Origin: Nostoc punctiforme PCC 73102
GTDB taxonomy: Bacteria; Cyanobacteriota; Cyanobacteriia; Cyanobacteriales; Nostocaceae
Assembly: GCF_000020025.1 (NCBI RefSeq)
Contig: NC_010628.1
Location: forward strand, 1,440,001-1,472,000
Length of the DNA stretch: 32,000 nucleotides
Reading direction: 5' to 3'
A model generated the notes under the pieces. It was not told where the DNA came from. It did not search any database and was given only the letters and a program-made list of their open reading frames with translations. Numbering within the stretch: the first letter of the stretch is position 1; every line of letters begins with the position of its first letter. Position numbers and translations under genes: made by a program. Below are positions 19,000 to 28,804 of the stretch, in pieces.

Positions 19000-21153
19000 A
19001 TGACAAATATCTTTGGAACCAAGGGTAATGATACTCTCGTGGGCAGCGAATTATCGGATACAATCAATGGTCTTGCAGGCAACGATACCATTACACCTAA
19101 CCAGGGCAACGACACCGTAACTGGTGGTGGCGGCAAGGATCAATTTGTTTACAACTACAGTAACTACGCCGATGACACTGACACCATCACCGATTTCGGT
19201 GGTGTGGGTAAAGGAAGCAACCCAACACTAGGAGTTATTGCCGAAGTAGATACCATCAAATTCCAAGGTGCTAATTTTACTGCCCAAAATCTGCTACTTA
19301 CCCAGAATGGCAGCAATCTGGAAATCACTTTTGAAGGGGAGGCTAATCACAAAGTCATCCTAAAAAACTTTAAGTTAGAAAACTTGGAAAATCTAAAAGC
19401 TTCTGGAAACAGAGCAGCTATTGGTAATATCCTATTTGATGGGCAAACTAGCATCACCGATAGTTTTGATGTCTTTGATGCCAACTCCACTGAAACTAGC
19501 GTGTTCAACAAGAACACGGTGACTTTCCTCAATGACCTCGACAACAACATTACAGGTTTAGATAACTCAAATGATGTCATCAATGGTCAGGGCGGGAATG
19601 ACCGCATCGACGGCAAGAGTGGCAACGACTTGCTGAGGGGTGGTACGGGAAATGATACTCTCATTGGTGGTGCGGGTAGCGACACCCTTGTTGGTGATAC
19701 TGGCAATGACTCTCTCGACGGTGGTGCTGATAATGACTTGCTACGGGGTGGTGCAGGGAACAACATCCTCAACGGTGGTGCTGGTGACGATAACTTGAAT
19801 GTTGACTCTTCACCAGGCAATAATCTCTTGTCTGGTGGCGATGGCAATGATACTCTCTCGGCATTAGGTGACTACGAAGGTAATGTGGTGTCTGGTAATA
19901 ACACCCTCAACGGTGGCGCTGGTAACGATAGCTTGAGTGCTGACGGTTCCGCAGGCGATAACTTACTGGATGGTTCCAATGGCAATGATTATCTCTCTGC
20001 CTCTAGTAGCTACTACGACCCTAGAGTGTCTGGCAATAACACCCTCAAGGGTGGGGTTGGTGACGATACCTTGAGTGCCTTACTTTCAACAGGTAAGAAC
20101 TTCCTGGATGGTGGTGATAATAACGATTATCTCTCTGTCAATCTTTCCTCTGGTAATAACACCCTCAATGGTGGTGCTGGTAACGATTACTTGAGTGCTA
20201 ATATTTCAACAGGCAATAATCTGCTGTCTGGTGGCGATGGCAATGACTCTCTCTTTGCCTCAGAATTTGAGGGCTATAGGTTTGATAACACTTCAGGGAA
20301 TAACACCCTTAACGGTGGCGCTGGTAGCGATTACTTAAATGTTGACTATTCACGAGGCGCTAATCTACTTTCTGGCGGAGATGGCAATGATTCTCTCTCC
20401 GGTTCTAGCTACGGCCGCGGCTTCGGAGGAGCTTTTTATAACACTACTGGAAATAACACCCTTAACGGTGGCGCTGGTGACGATAATTTGAATGTTGATT
20501 ATTCAACGGGCGATAATCTACTCAATGGAGATAATGGCAATGATTATCTTTCAGCCTCTGGCTACAAATACGACAATTCTGGCGACGAACAAGGAGTTTA
20601 TCGCAGGACATCAGGCAATAACACCCTCAATGGTGGCGCTGGTGCTGATAAATTGATTGTTGATTATTCAACAGGCAATAACCTACTCTTGGGGGGTGAT
20701 GATAATGATTACATCTCTGCATTTGGCGCATTAGGCACTAATACCCTTAGTGGTGGCAATGGAAATGACACCCTCAAAGGTGGCAATGGAAATGATATTC
20801 TGACAGGTGGTTTTGGTAATGATAGCCTCTATGGAAATGATGGTATTGATACCTTTGTTTTCAATGGCTTCAATCAAGGTGTCGATCGTCTTTATGACTT
20901 CAACGTAACTAATGACCGGATTCAGGTATCGGCTGCTGATTTTGGTGGCGGGTTATCAATAGGTACACTTCAGCAAAGTCAGTTTATCGTCGGAACATCT
21001 GCAACGACAAGCAATCAACGATTTATCTATGATTTTTCTACAGGTGGACTGTTCTTTGACCAAGATGGCAGTGCATCTGCGTTTACTCAGGTAAAATTTG
21101 CCCAATTATCTGCTGGATTGTCACTAACCAACAACAATTTTGTCGTTGCTTGA
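19000..21153 (+). CDS. RTX-type (hemolysin-type) calcium-binding repeat protein, probable secreted or surface protein
   Basis: Many nonapeptide GGxGxDxL motifs are present (GGTGNDTLIGGAGSDTLVGDTGNDSLDGGADNDLLRGGAGNNILNGGAGDD…). About 11 larger modules end in SGNNTLNGGAGxDxL. The C-terminal non-repeat region (FVFNGFNQGVDRLYDF…FFDQDGS…) is typical of cyanobacterial T1SS-type substrates. There is no N-terminal signal peptide. Confidence 0.85.
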   Translation: MTNIFGTKGNDTLVGSELSDTINGLAGNDTITPNQGNDTVTGGGGKDQFVYNYSNYADDTDTITDFGGVGKGSNPTLGVIAEVDTIKFQGANFTAQNLLLTQNGSNLEITFEGEANHKVILKNFKLENLENLKASGNRAAIGNILFDGQTSITDSFDVFDANSTETSVFNKNTVTFLNDLDNNITGLDNSNDVINGQGGNDRIDGKSGNDLLRGGTGNDTLIGGAGSDTLVGDTGNDSLDGGADNDLLRGGAGNNILNGGAGDDNLNVDSSPGNNLLSGGDGNDTLSALGDYEGNVVSGNNTLNGGAGNDSLSADGSAGDNLLDGSNGNDYLSASSSYYDPRVSGNNTLKGGVGDDTLSALLSTGKNFLDGGDNNDYLSVNLSSGNNTLNGGAGNDYLSANISTGNNLLSGGDGNDSLFASEFEGYRFDNTSGNNTLNGGAGSDYLNVDYSRGANLLSGGDGNDSLSGSSYGRGFGGAFYNTTGNNTLNGGAGDDNLNVDYSTGDNLLNGDNGNDYLSASGYKYDNSGDEQGVYRRTSGNNTLNGGAGADKLIVDYSTGNNLLLGGDDNDYISAFGALGTNTLSGGNGNDTLKGGNGNDILTGGFGNDSLYGNDGIDTFVFNGFNQGVDRLYDFNVTNDRIQVSAADFGGGLSIGTLQQSQFIVGTSATTSNQRFIYDFSTGGLFFDQDGSASAFTQVKFAQLSAGLSLTNNNFVVA

Positions 21154-21196
21154 TGGTGATTGAAACTCTTCCATAACTAAACAGCAAAGATAGATT

Positions 21197-21222
21197 GCGA
21201 GGTACTATTTTCAGCACCTCGC
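21197..21222. terminator. Hairpin between convergent genes (candidate terminator)
   Basis: gcgaggt (21197-21203) pairs with acctcgc (21216-21222) across a 12-nt loop. It lies 44 nt after the RTX stop. Confidence 0.4.
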
Positions 21223-21382
21223 ATTCGTATTCATAAAGACATTAAGCTTAGTTCCTTAGCTTTAGGTATAGTCAGGTTATATCTGCATTCGCTATTTACG
21301 TAAGCGATCGCAATTTTGCCCACGATTCTCAAAATCGGCAGACGAAGGGTAAAAGCGTGAGAGTAGAGTTACTCTTGCCACT

Positions 21383-24300
21383 TTACCAAGGATTACCAAC
21401 CATTGTGAATCCAGACCAATAATAAGGATGGGTAAGTAATTGCTCCCCTTCATCAGCACTGTTAGTAGGTAAAGACAAGTTCCCCACTACTCCTAAACCT
21501 TCTAATTGACCATTTTTAACGTAAATCTGCCCTTTAGCCATAGCTACCTGAGCCTGTCTGAGGGCTTCTGCCTTAATTGGAGCTGTCCTCAAGTTTTGAT
21601 AAAATTTCGTCATCAAGGCTGCTGTACCGGCATCATTAACCGACCAAAGACTAGCAACACTAGTTTTCACGCCTGCCAGCACTGCTAAACCTGCAAATCC
21701 AAGCTCTGACTCTTCATCTCCTAATGCTGTTCTACAAGCACTCAGCACGAGCATTTCAACTTCGGGTTCATTAAAGCGCAACTGTCGTAATTGGTTCAAG
21801 CGTAACTTGTCCTCCCACAGTTGAATATAGGAATTACTCAAAGCGCCGGTAGTAAAATCGGCATGGGTTGCCATGTGAATAATCCCAAAAGGTTGTTGGC
21901 GGCGGATAGTTTTGAGATTTTCTAAGGTAGCTTGCTTGTCTAACAATAATTTGCCCTGCCAAAGTTTAGACACCAGTGTTGATAACTCTAGGGGAACTGC
22001 TGGTAAAGGCTCTTGTCCTTGTGTACTTTGAGAAACTCCCATCGCTAAGACTTGAGATTTTTTAATGTCTTTATAAAGAGTGTTAGTCAAGCTGATACTG
22101 GGCATCAAGCCAATGCTATATTTTTCTACTAGAAACCCCTTGCCATCATGAAGTGCTGCCATTGGAGTTGAACGTAACCCCATATCTGGTAAAAAGACCA
22201 AATTATTGATTTCTCTTGCCTGCAAATCTGCCTCTAATGGTGCAATAATCCAGCGATAAAGTTGTTGAGATGGACGCAAATAACCGGTGCGGCGACGGTT
22301 TTGTGGACTAACTATTTGGTCACGAAATTCCTGAGCTACTTGAATAACTTTGGCTTTGGTCGTTTCTGGAATGCGCTTGCGAATAGGGTTGCCTTTTCCA
22401 GTTACTACGACTATTTCTAGTTGGTCGCTATCCTGCTCTGCTAGAGTATTTAATTGTTTAGTAAATTTTTGAGCTTTGCCCAAATTTCTCTCTGGTATTA
22501 TCTCCACAGGAACAAAACTGATGTAAATAAATGCAGGTTTAACACCAGTCGCTTCTTCAATTTTGCGAGCAATTTCTTTGGCATCATCTAGTGTTTTAAT
22601 TCTAGGAGTCGGGATACCTAAATGGTCGGCAAAATCATCTGTGAATTTATCTTCGGGCGTGGGATCGGTATTAATAACGGGGTTGTCAATCTTAGGATTA
22701 TTGGGGTCAGGGACATTCGGTTTACCTGGAGTGCATTGGAATGAGCAAGGGGGAGGATTCGGGGTAAAAGTCGGAGTAGGAATTGTAGTAGGAATTGTAG
22801 TAGGAGTTGGGGTAGGAATGGTGGGAGGAATTTGGCTGACATTGATTCCGACCTGTACAGGTGCAGAAGACGAAACGCGGTCATTTGCACTAATTACAAA
22901 GGCATTTAGTGAACCATTTACATCAGTCGGAGGGGTATACACCAAAGTATCGTCGCTAGATAAGGTAGTGACACCAGGAATGACGGGAAGGCCATTGACA
23001 GTCAGATTTCCTGTATTCACCACATCAACCTGGATGGAGGTGATGTCATTATTAGCATCGCTGACCAGTGCAGCCAAACTAGAGAATGTCAAGGTCACTG
23101 GTTGATTGGTCTGGGTGTTGGGTAGCGATGAGTTTGCCGTTAATACAGGCGGAGTGTTGACGGAAGTAATGGTGATGCCGGTTGGGGTACCAATCGCATC
23201 TCCACCAGTTGGCAATACTGGAAAGTTACCCGAAGCGATAGTTGTACCGCCTCCCACATCAATTGTTCCAGCTGTGCCATTAGCACTCGTCGCATCACCT
23301 ACAATAAATGGCACGTTACCTGGACCACCATCATGTCGAATTGTGACAGTGCCTCCGGCGATGCTAGTGGTTACTCCTGCTCCAGAATCGAAAATTCCGC
23401 CGGTGGCGATGGTAGTACCTACCCCTATTCCTTGAACTAGTCCGTTTGTCAGCACTTGCACATTGCCACCTTGAACAGTGTTTCCATCAACAAAATCGTC
23501 TGCTACGGACTGTGTGTTGATGTTGGTAAAACTAATATTGCTACCAGCAGTATTGGTAGTCTGTAAAGTAACGTTGCCACCTGTAACATTTCCAGTTCCA
23601 TCGACTCCAATGGCGATCGCTGAGGCATTAATGGCATCATTAACGGTGATATTCTCTGTGGCAGTTAAGGTGACTGCGCCAGCCGTACCAGTAAAATCGC
23701 CACCTCCGGTCTTGAATACAGATGAGTTAATCGCCCCAGTGGTAATACTACCTGCTGTAGTTGTTGCAACTATATCGCCACCACGACCTAAGCTACCAGC
23801 ATCACTGGAAAAGGAATTAATTCTATCTGTGAGGATATTGCCTGCCGCAGTCAAAGTCACTGTCCCTGCGGTGTTGACACCATTATTACCAGTATCACTG
23901 GTGTTAATCTGATTAAGAGTAATTCCACCATTGCTACTTACGACTTGAACATTACCTGCTGAATAGCCTTGTCCACTGGCAATAATGTTACCTGTACTAA
24001 TATTGCCGGTCGTCGCAGACAAAGTTATATCCCCGCTTCTAGCGAAATTACGAGTTGTGTTTAGATTTCCTAGTAATAAGCTGGCTCCTGAAATATTAAT
24101 GGCTCCTCCGGTTGTCTGGATTGTGTTGGTAGGGTCAACAAAGTTCACAGAACCGTTTTGTGAGGTTAGGCTGAAGCTACCACCGCCCAAGTTTAAAGTA
24201 GCAACACCAGCGGTAGTCACTCCGGGTGTAGCTCCGGTGATGTCATTGATTGTAATATTGCCTATAGCCTGTAAATTGATATTTACACCCGAAGCTGCGA

Positions 24301-26497
24301 TCGCACCCCAAGAAACGGTGTTAGCCCCAATATCTGGATCGTTAAAGGCAATGTTGCCTGCTGTGGCATCAAAATCACCTGTCCCTGCTGCGGCATCGAT
24401 AATAGTTAATGTGCTGGGGTCTAGTAATAAAGTGCCAAAGCTGCCATTAGGGGCTGAAGCATCTACTAAACCGTTGAAGGTTAAGAAATTTTTGCCTGAT
24501 ACTTCTACAAAACCACCATTCCCGGCATTTGCTCCTCCACGAGCCGAAATTTTACCAAAATATTGAGTTGTGTCGTTACCCCAAACAATTACCTGTCCGC
24601 CATTTCCATTCAAATGGCTATCGGCATTAATGACTGACTTTGAGTCAACATAAGTCCGATCTGCGTTGGGTACAGTCCCCTTACCTTGGTAATCACCGCC
24701 AATTAGCACAGTACCACCGCCATTCGTTCCAGAGGCGTTAATATTGGCATCAACCAGCGCAACTTTTTTACCCAAAGCAGTTACCGTACCGCCTGTTTGA
24801 CTTGATACATCTACTTTGCCTGAAACAATTGTTGTCCCTGGAGTTGTGGGAATTGTGACGTTAGAGCCTGTCAATTTTACAGTCCCATCAGGATTGGCAG
24901 TTAACCCTGTGTTACCAACTGTGAGCAATTCAGGTATTGAGGCGATGGGAATTGTCCAGTTATTGGGTTGGGTGCTACTAGAGGCGAGGGGCTGAATTTC
25001 CAGACTCAGCAGATTTCCTGGCTGACTGAGACGCACCCAATTTTGTCCTGGTACGGATGTGATAGAAATCTGCCCTCCCGGTGCCGAAAGTTGCCCGGTG
25101 TTGACTACAGTACCACCCAATAAATTTAAATTTTGCCCAACACCTACTGCCAAATTTCCAGCATTGGCGATCGCTCCTGGCTGGTTCATACTAAAGGCAA
25201 ATCCGTTGGGGTTTCCAACTAAAGCAGCGTAGTCATTAACACCAATGGCATTGAACCAACTGCTGCCAAAACCAATGCCATTGGCTGTTGTCACTGTGAA
25301 AGCACCAGGCACATTTAAGGTGGCGTTTGATCCAAAAATAAATCCGGCTGGATTCATCAAGAAAAGGTTAGCATTGCCACCTGTTACCTGAATTAAGCCA
25401 TTGATAACCGAGGCATTCCCGCCTGTAATTCGACCAAGGATATTTTGTAGTGCCGGACTAGCTTGGAAATTGGCGATTTGTTCTGGTGAAATCCCAAACT
25501 GTTGAAAGCTGTGGAAGAGGTTAGCACCATCTCCAGAAGTTATACCCCCGGTGATATCTAGTCGATTACCATTGGGTGTAACAATTGTGTTTGTCCCATC
25601 GGCAGCAGGGACAATTTGTTGTGCCTGAGATAATCCCATGCTCGTGACTGTCACTAAAGGCAAAATAGCTAGGACTGAAGCGGCGATTTTGTGTAGTAGA
25701 GGTTTTTTACGCCGCAAGATGAAGCGACCTGCGGGCAATTCCACATCGATTTGTAACTTTTCTGCTAATCCGCGTCGCCAAAGTGCTTGAGCGATCGCCT
25801 TCTGTGACCAGAGTATTTGTTCTGTTCTTCTGGTGACAGACATGCTTTGAGAGTGAAGCCGATAGAGGTAGAGTGGCTCTTGCACTCGGCGCACCTGGGT
25901 TACTTCTGAAAGTCGCAGACATAGGTCATAATCATAGGCACAACCAGAGAACGATTCGTTAAAACCTCCCACTCGGTCGTAAACCGACCGCCGCATCAGG
26001 CGGAAGTGAAACGTCATGAAGTTTACCAAAAGATTGTCTTGGGAGTAAGCAATATTACAGCGATGACCGTAGCCTATGACAATACCCTTTTCATCAATAT
26101 TTAAGTAGTCGGTGTAAACAAATCCCGTTTCTGGGTGGCGATTCAGTACTGTAGCGGTTTGGGCAAGGGCGGTGGGGGCTAGGATATCATCACTGTCTAC
26201 TATACCGATGTAAATGCCACTAGTTTGGGCGATCGCTGCCTTACAAGCCGCAGAAACTCCTTGATGCTGTGCTTCTACTACCCGCACTCGCCCATCTTGT
26301 TGAGCATAAGCGTTTGCGATCGCCACCGATCCGTCTGTGGAGCCATCATCCCAAATTAGTAGCTCAAAGTCTTGCCATGTTTGTGCTAATACGCTAGCGA
26401 TCGCTACCCCAAGGTAAGACTCCCGGTTGTAATTGACGATGACTATGGAGATCAGTGGTGGCATCGAAGTATTCTCAAGTTTTCTACCTGTTATCAC
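21383..26497 (-). CDS. Giant TpsA-type exoprotein read in frame as glycosyltransferase family 2, internal signal peptide, TPS (hemagglutination-activity) domain, beta-helical repeats, Pro/Thr linker and C-terminal CHAT protease domain
   Basis: The GT2 motifs are ISIVIVNYNRESYL and LLIWDDGSTDGS…IVDSDD. They are followed by RRKKPLLHKIAASVLAILPLVTVTSMGLSQAQQ, a typical signal peptide. The TPS-domain block is NRLDITGG…GANLFHSFQQF…NILGRITGGNASVINGLIQV…ANLFLMNPAGFIFG. Long G/N/T-rich beta-helix repeats and the linker IPPTIPTPTPTTIPTTIPTPT come next. The CHAT region has HMATHA (His) and LVLSACRTA (Cys). An in-frame TTG at 25717 would start a conventional signal-peptide-first TpsA. Confidence 0.85.
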   Translation of the reverse strand: MITGRKLENTSMPPLISIVIVNYNRESYLGVAIASVLAQTWQDFELLIWDDGSTDGSVAIANAYAQQDGRVRVVEAQHQGVSAACKAAIAQTSGIYIGIVDSDDILAPTALAQTATVLNRHPETGFVYTDYLNIDEKGIVIGYGHRCNIAYSQDNLLVNFMTFHFRLMRRSVYDRVGGFNESFSGCAYDYDLCLRLSEVTQVRRVQEPLYLYRLHSQSMSVTRRTEQILWSQKAIAQALWRRGLAEKLQIDVELPAGRFILRRKKPLLHKIAASVLAILPLVTVTSMGLSQAQQIVPAADGTNTIVTPNGNRLDITGGITSGDGANLFHSFQQFGISPEQIANFQASPALQNILGRITGGNASVINGLIQVTGGNANLFLMNPAGFIFGSNATLNVPGAFTVTTANGIGFGSSWFNAIGVNDYAALVGNPNGFAFSMNQPGAIANAGNLAVGVGQNLNLLGGTVVNTGQLSAPGGQISITSVPGQNWVRLSQPGNLLSLEIQPLASSSTQPNNWTIPIASIPELLTVGNTGLTANPDGTVKLTGSNVTIPTTPGTTIVSGKVDVSSQTGGTVTALGKKVALVDANINASGTNGGGTVLIGGDYQGKGTVPNADRTYVDSKSVINADSHLNGNGGQVIVWGNDTTQYFGKISARGGANAGNGGFVEVSGKNFLTFNGLVDASAPNGSFGTLLLDPSTLTIIDAAAGTGDFDATAGNIAFNDPDIGANTVSWGAIAASGVNINLQAIGNITINDITGATPGVTTAGVATLNLGGGSFSLTSQNGSVNFVDPTNTIQTTGGAINISGASLLLGNLNTTRNFARSGDITLSATTGNISTGNIIASGQGYSAGNVQVVSSNGGITLNQINTSDTGNNGVNTAGTVTLTAAGNILTDRINSFSSDAGSLGRGGDIVATTTAGSITTGAINSSVFKTGGGDFTGTAGAVTLTATENITVNDAINASAIAIGVDGTGNVTGGNVTLQTTNTAGSNISFTNINTQSVADDFVDGNTVQGGNVQVLTNGLVQGIGVGTTIATGGIFDSGAGVTTSIAGGTVTIRHDGGPGNVPFIVGDATSANGTAGTIDVGGGTTIASGNFPVLPTGGDAIGTPTGITITSVNTPPVLTANSSLPNTQTNQPVTLTFSSLAALVSDANNDITSIQVDVVNTGNLTVNGLPVIPGVTTLSSDDTLVYTPPTDVNGSLNAFVISANDRVSSSAPVQVGINVSQIPPTIPTPTPTTIPTTIPTPTFTPNPPPCSFQCTPGKPNVPDPNNPKIDNPVINTDPTPEDKFTDDFADHLGIPTPRIKTLDDAKEIARKIEEATGVKPAFIYISFVPVEIIPERNLGKAQKFTKQLNTLAEQDSDQLEIVVVTGKGNPIRKRIPETTKAKVIQVAQEFRDQIVSPQNRRRTGYLRPSQQLYRWIIAPLEADLQAREINNLVFLPDMGLRSTPMAALHDGKGFLVEKYSIGLMPSISLTNTLYKDIKKSQVLAMGVSQSTQGQEPLPAVPLELSTLVSKLWQGKLLLDKQATLENLKTIRRQQPFGIIHMATHADFTTGALSNSYIQLWEDKLRLNQLRQLRFNEPEVEMLVLSACRTALGDEESELGFAGLAVLAGVKTSVASLWSVNDAGTAALMTKFYQNLRTAPIKAEALRQAQVAMAKGQIYVKNGQLEGLGVVGNLSLPTNSADEGEQLLTHPYYWSGFTMVGNPW

Positions 26498-26670
26498 AAT
26501 ATAATGCTAAGGGCTATCACTTAGAAGAAATTGCTGTTAATTATTGTTTTAGTTACAAATCTTCTGAAATGTGAATGTTAAAAATATGATATTGAAATAT
26601 TCATACAGCCATAGCACACTCAAAAATCAAAATTAGCCCAGTCGTAAAATAAGGCACCCACTGAGGAGAA

Positions 26671-28506
26671 ATGAGAAAAGAAACAGAAACTGGCATTAAG
26701 CCGAAAACAATTACTCAGAAAAGCATTGTCTGTTTCTCTCATCAGTTAAATACTTGGCAAAGTCTAGCAATTACTAGATGGAATAAGCACAGCTTCAGTT
26801 TTCAGTGTGGCTTGCTAATTCTGCCTGCGGTCTGGATTGTAACTGCAAATGGACTGAGAGCTACGGCGAATATATTGACACCAGACTCAACCCAAAAGAG
26901 TATTCAGTCAGAGTTACAAATAGTACAGGCATCAGAAACTGCCCCGGAAAATAACCCCAATCAAGCCGAACCAAATCCCCAACCAGAAACACCACAACGA
27001 ATTCGGGTTCGCAAAATCCAGGTTGTAGATAGCACAGTTTTTAATGAAAATGACTTTAATCCAGTTGTCAAACCCTTTGAAGAACGGGACTTAACTTTAG
27101 AAGAAATCAGACAAGCCGCAGATGCTATTACCCAGCTTTACTTAAATAAAGGCTATATAAATTCCAGAGCAGTTCCAGACATTCAGCAACCTAGTACCGC
27201 CGATGGTGTTGTGGTAATTCGGGTAATTGAAGGGCGTTTGACAGACATTGAGATCGAAGGGACGCGACGATTAAATCCATCTTATGTTCGTAGTCGCATC
27301 CAATTAGGTGCCGGTACTCCTCTGAATACTAGTAAGCTCGAAGATCAACTGAAACTGTTGCGACTCGATCCCTTATTTACAAATATAGAAGCACGTCTGC
27401 GTCCAACGGGTAAGGTTGGTCAAAGTGTTCTCATTGTCAGAGTTGAAGAGGCCAACCCTTTAACTGGTAGCTTGGGTGTAGATAATTATTCGCCTCCGAG
27501 TATTGGTGCGGAAAGATTGGGTATTGAACTGCGCGATCGCAATTTAACCGGGATGGGAGATGAGTTAGCCGGCTCCTATTACCACACCCTCTCTGGTGGT
27601 TCCGATGCCTTTGATTTTAGCTATCAAATTCCTGTGAACGCGATGAATGGCAAAGTGCAGATTAGAACCGCATTTAATCGCAACGAAATCACTGAGGCAC
27701 CCTTTGATGCTTTTGGCATTCGCGCCAACCAGGATCTTTATGAAATTAATTATCGTCAACCATTGATGCGATCGCCAAGAGAAGAATTTGCCCTATCTTT
27801 GGGATTTACCTATCAAGATGGTCAAACCTTCCTCTTCGAAAACCTGGCAACCCCCTTTGGCATTGGGACTGATGCCAATGGCGTTAGCCGCACCAGTGTA
27901 ATTAAATTTGGTCAAGACTATACTAAGCGCGAACCTCAAGGAGCTTGGTTTTTGCGATCGCAATTTAATTTTGGTATTGACGTATTAGATGCAACTATCA
28001 ACAATGACCCCATACCCGATGGTCGCTTTTTCAGTTGGTTGGGTCAAATACAGCGCGTGCAGCAACTCAGCGCCGATCATCTGTTACTTATCCAAGCAGA
28101 CTTGCAGCTAACACCAGATAGCCTTTTACCCTCCCAGCAATTCGTTATTGGCGGTGGACAGTCTGTAAGGGGATATCGGCAAAATATCCGCTCAGGGGAT
28201 AATGGATTTCGTGTAGCGATCGAAGATCGGTTCACAGTCCAGCGTAATGAATCTGGATTATCCATAATTCAACTTGCGCCATTTCTGGATATGGGATCTG
28301 TATGGAATCAGTCTAATAATCCCAATCGGCTGCCCGATCAAACTTTTTTGGTGGGTGCAGGCTTAGGATTATTATGGAATCAGGCAATGGGAATTGATAA
28401 TCTGTTTTTACGGCTCGATTATGGATTTCCATTTATCGATCTGAGCGATCGCGGCAATAACGCTCAGGATGATGGCTTTTACTTTAGCCTTCGCTATCAA
28501 CCTTAG
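26671..28506 (+). CDS. TpsB outer-membrane transporter (ShlB/FhaC/HecB family, POTRA plus beta-barrel)
   Basis: A POTRA-like region (IRVRKIQVVDSTVFNENDFNPVVKPFEERDLTLEEIRQAADAITQLYLNKGYINSRAV…VIRVIEGRL) is followed by barrel motifs (FVIGGGQSVRGY), and the protein ends in an aromatic-rich strand …FYFSLRYQP. It is divergent from the TpsA gene. The exact start is uncertain. Confidence 0.85.
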   Translation: MRKETETGIKPKTITQKSIVCFSHQLNTWQSLAITRWNKHSFSFQCGLLILPAVWIVTANGLRATANILTPDSTQKSIQSELQIVQASETAPENNPNQAEPNPQPETPQRIRVRKIQVVDSTVFNENDFNPVVKPFEERDLTLEEIRQAADAITQLYLNKGYINSRAVPDIQQPSTADGVVVIRVIEGRLTDIEIEGTRRLNPSYVRSRIQLGAGTPLNTSKLEDQLKLLRLDPLFTNIEARLRPTGKVGQSVLIVRVEEANPLTGSLGVDNYSPPSIGAERLGIELRDRNLTGMGDELAGSYYHTLSGGSDAFDFSYQIPVNAMNGKVQIRTAFNRNEITEAPFDAFGIRANQDLYEINYRQPLMRSPREEFALSLGFTYQDGQTFLFENLATPFGIGTDANGVSRTSVIKFGQDYTKREPQGAWFLRSQFNFGIDVLDATINNDPIPDGRFFSWLGQIQRVQQLSADHLLLIQADLQLTPDSLLPSQQFVIGGGQSVRGYRQNIRSGDNGFRVAIEDRFTVQRNESGLSIIQLAPFLDMGSVWNQSNNPNRLPDQTFLVGAGLGLLWNQAMGIDNLFLRLDYGFPFIDLSDRGNNAQDDGFYFSLRYQP

Positions 28507-28667
28507 AGGATGTTTGAAAAGTATTTCGCTGTGACTTTAGGCACTTTTAGATCCCCTCTAACCCCCCTTAAAAAGGGTGGAACTGGAGTAAAAGTCCCCC
28601 TTCTTAAGGGGGATTTAGGAGGATCTAGAACATTTTGCTACCGAGAAGAGGACTTTTCAAACATCCT
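28507..28667. mobile_element. MITE-like element with 16-17-bp perfect terminal inverted repeats and CTTAG target duplication, inserted at the TpsB stop codon
   Basis: aggatgtttgaaaagt (28507-28522) and acttttcaaacatcct (28652-28667) are perfect inverted repeats. The flanking direct repeat cttag occurs at 28502-28506 and 28668-28672. The left copy contains the TAG stop of the TpsB gene. The interior carries ccccct…aggggg hairpins. Confidence 0.7.
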
Positions 28668-28706
28668 CTTAGGCAATTTCCGTTAATAAATCTACCGCCA
28701 CCGTTG

Positions 28707-28804
28707 GTTTCGACTACTTCGACTACGCTCAGTACAAGTTCGCTCAACCAACTAAGGGATCGAGAGTTGAGCGTTCGCGTAGCGTCTCGAAGAGAAGTCG
28801 AAAC
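28707..28804. repeat. Imperfect long palindromic dispersed repeat (cgcgtagcgtctcg type)
   Basis: gtttcgactacttcgactacgct… on the left is an imperfect mirror of …agcgtctcgaagagaagtcgaaac on the right. It shares the ttcgcgtagcgtc core with 18017-18030. The track ORF 28635-28844 lies across it and is discounted. Confidence 0.45.

Noticed and set aside
22563-24566. Plus-strand ORFs (180, 109, 144 and 193 aa) and a minus-strand 90-aa ORF inside the TpsA gene
   Set aside because: They are low-complexity V/P/L/A-rich translations of the opposite or shifted strand of G/N/T-rich beta-helix repeats. They are fully contained in a 1704-aa ORF with clear domain content.
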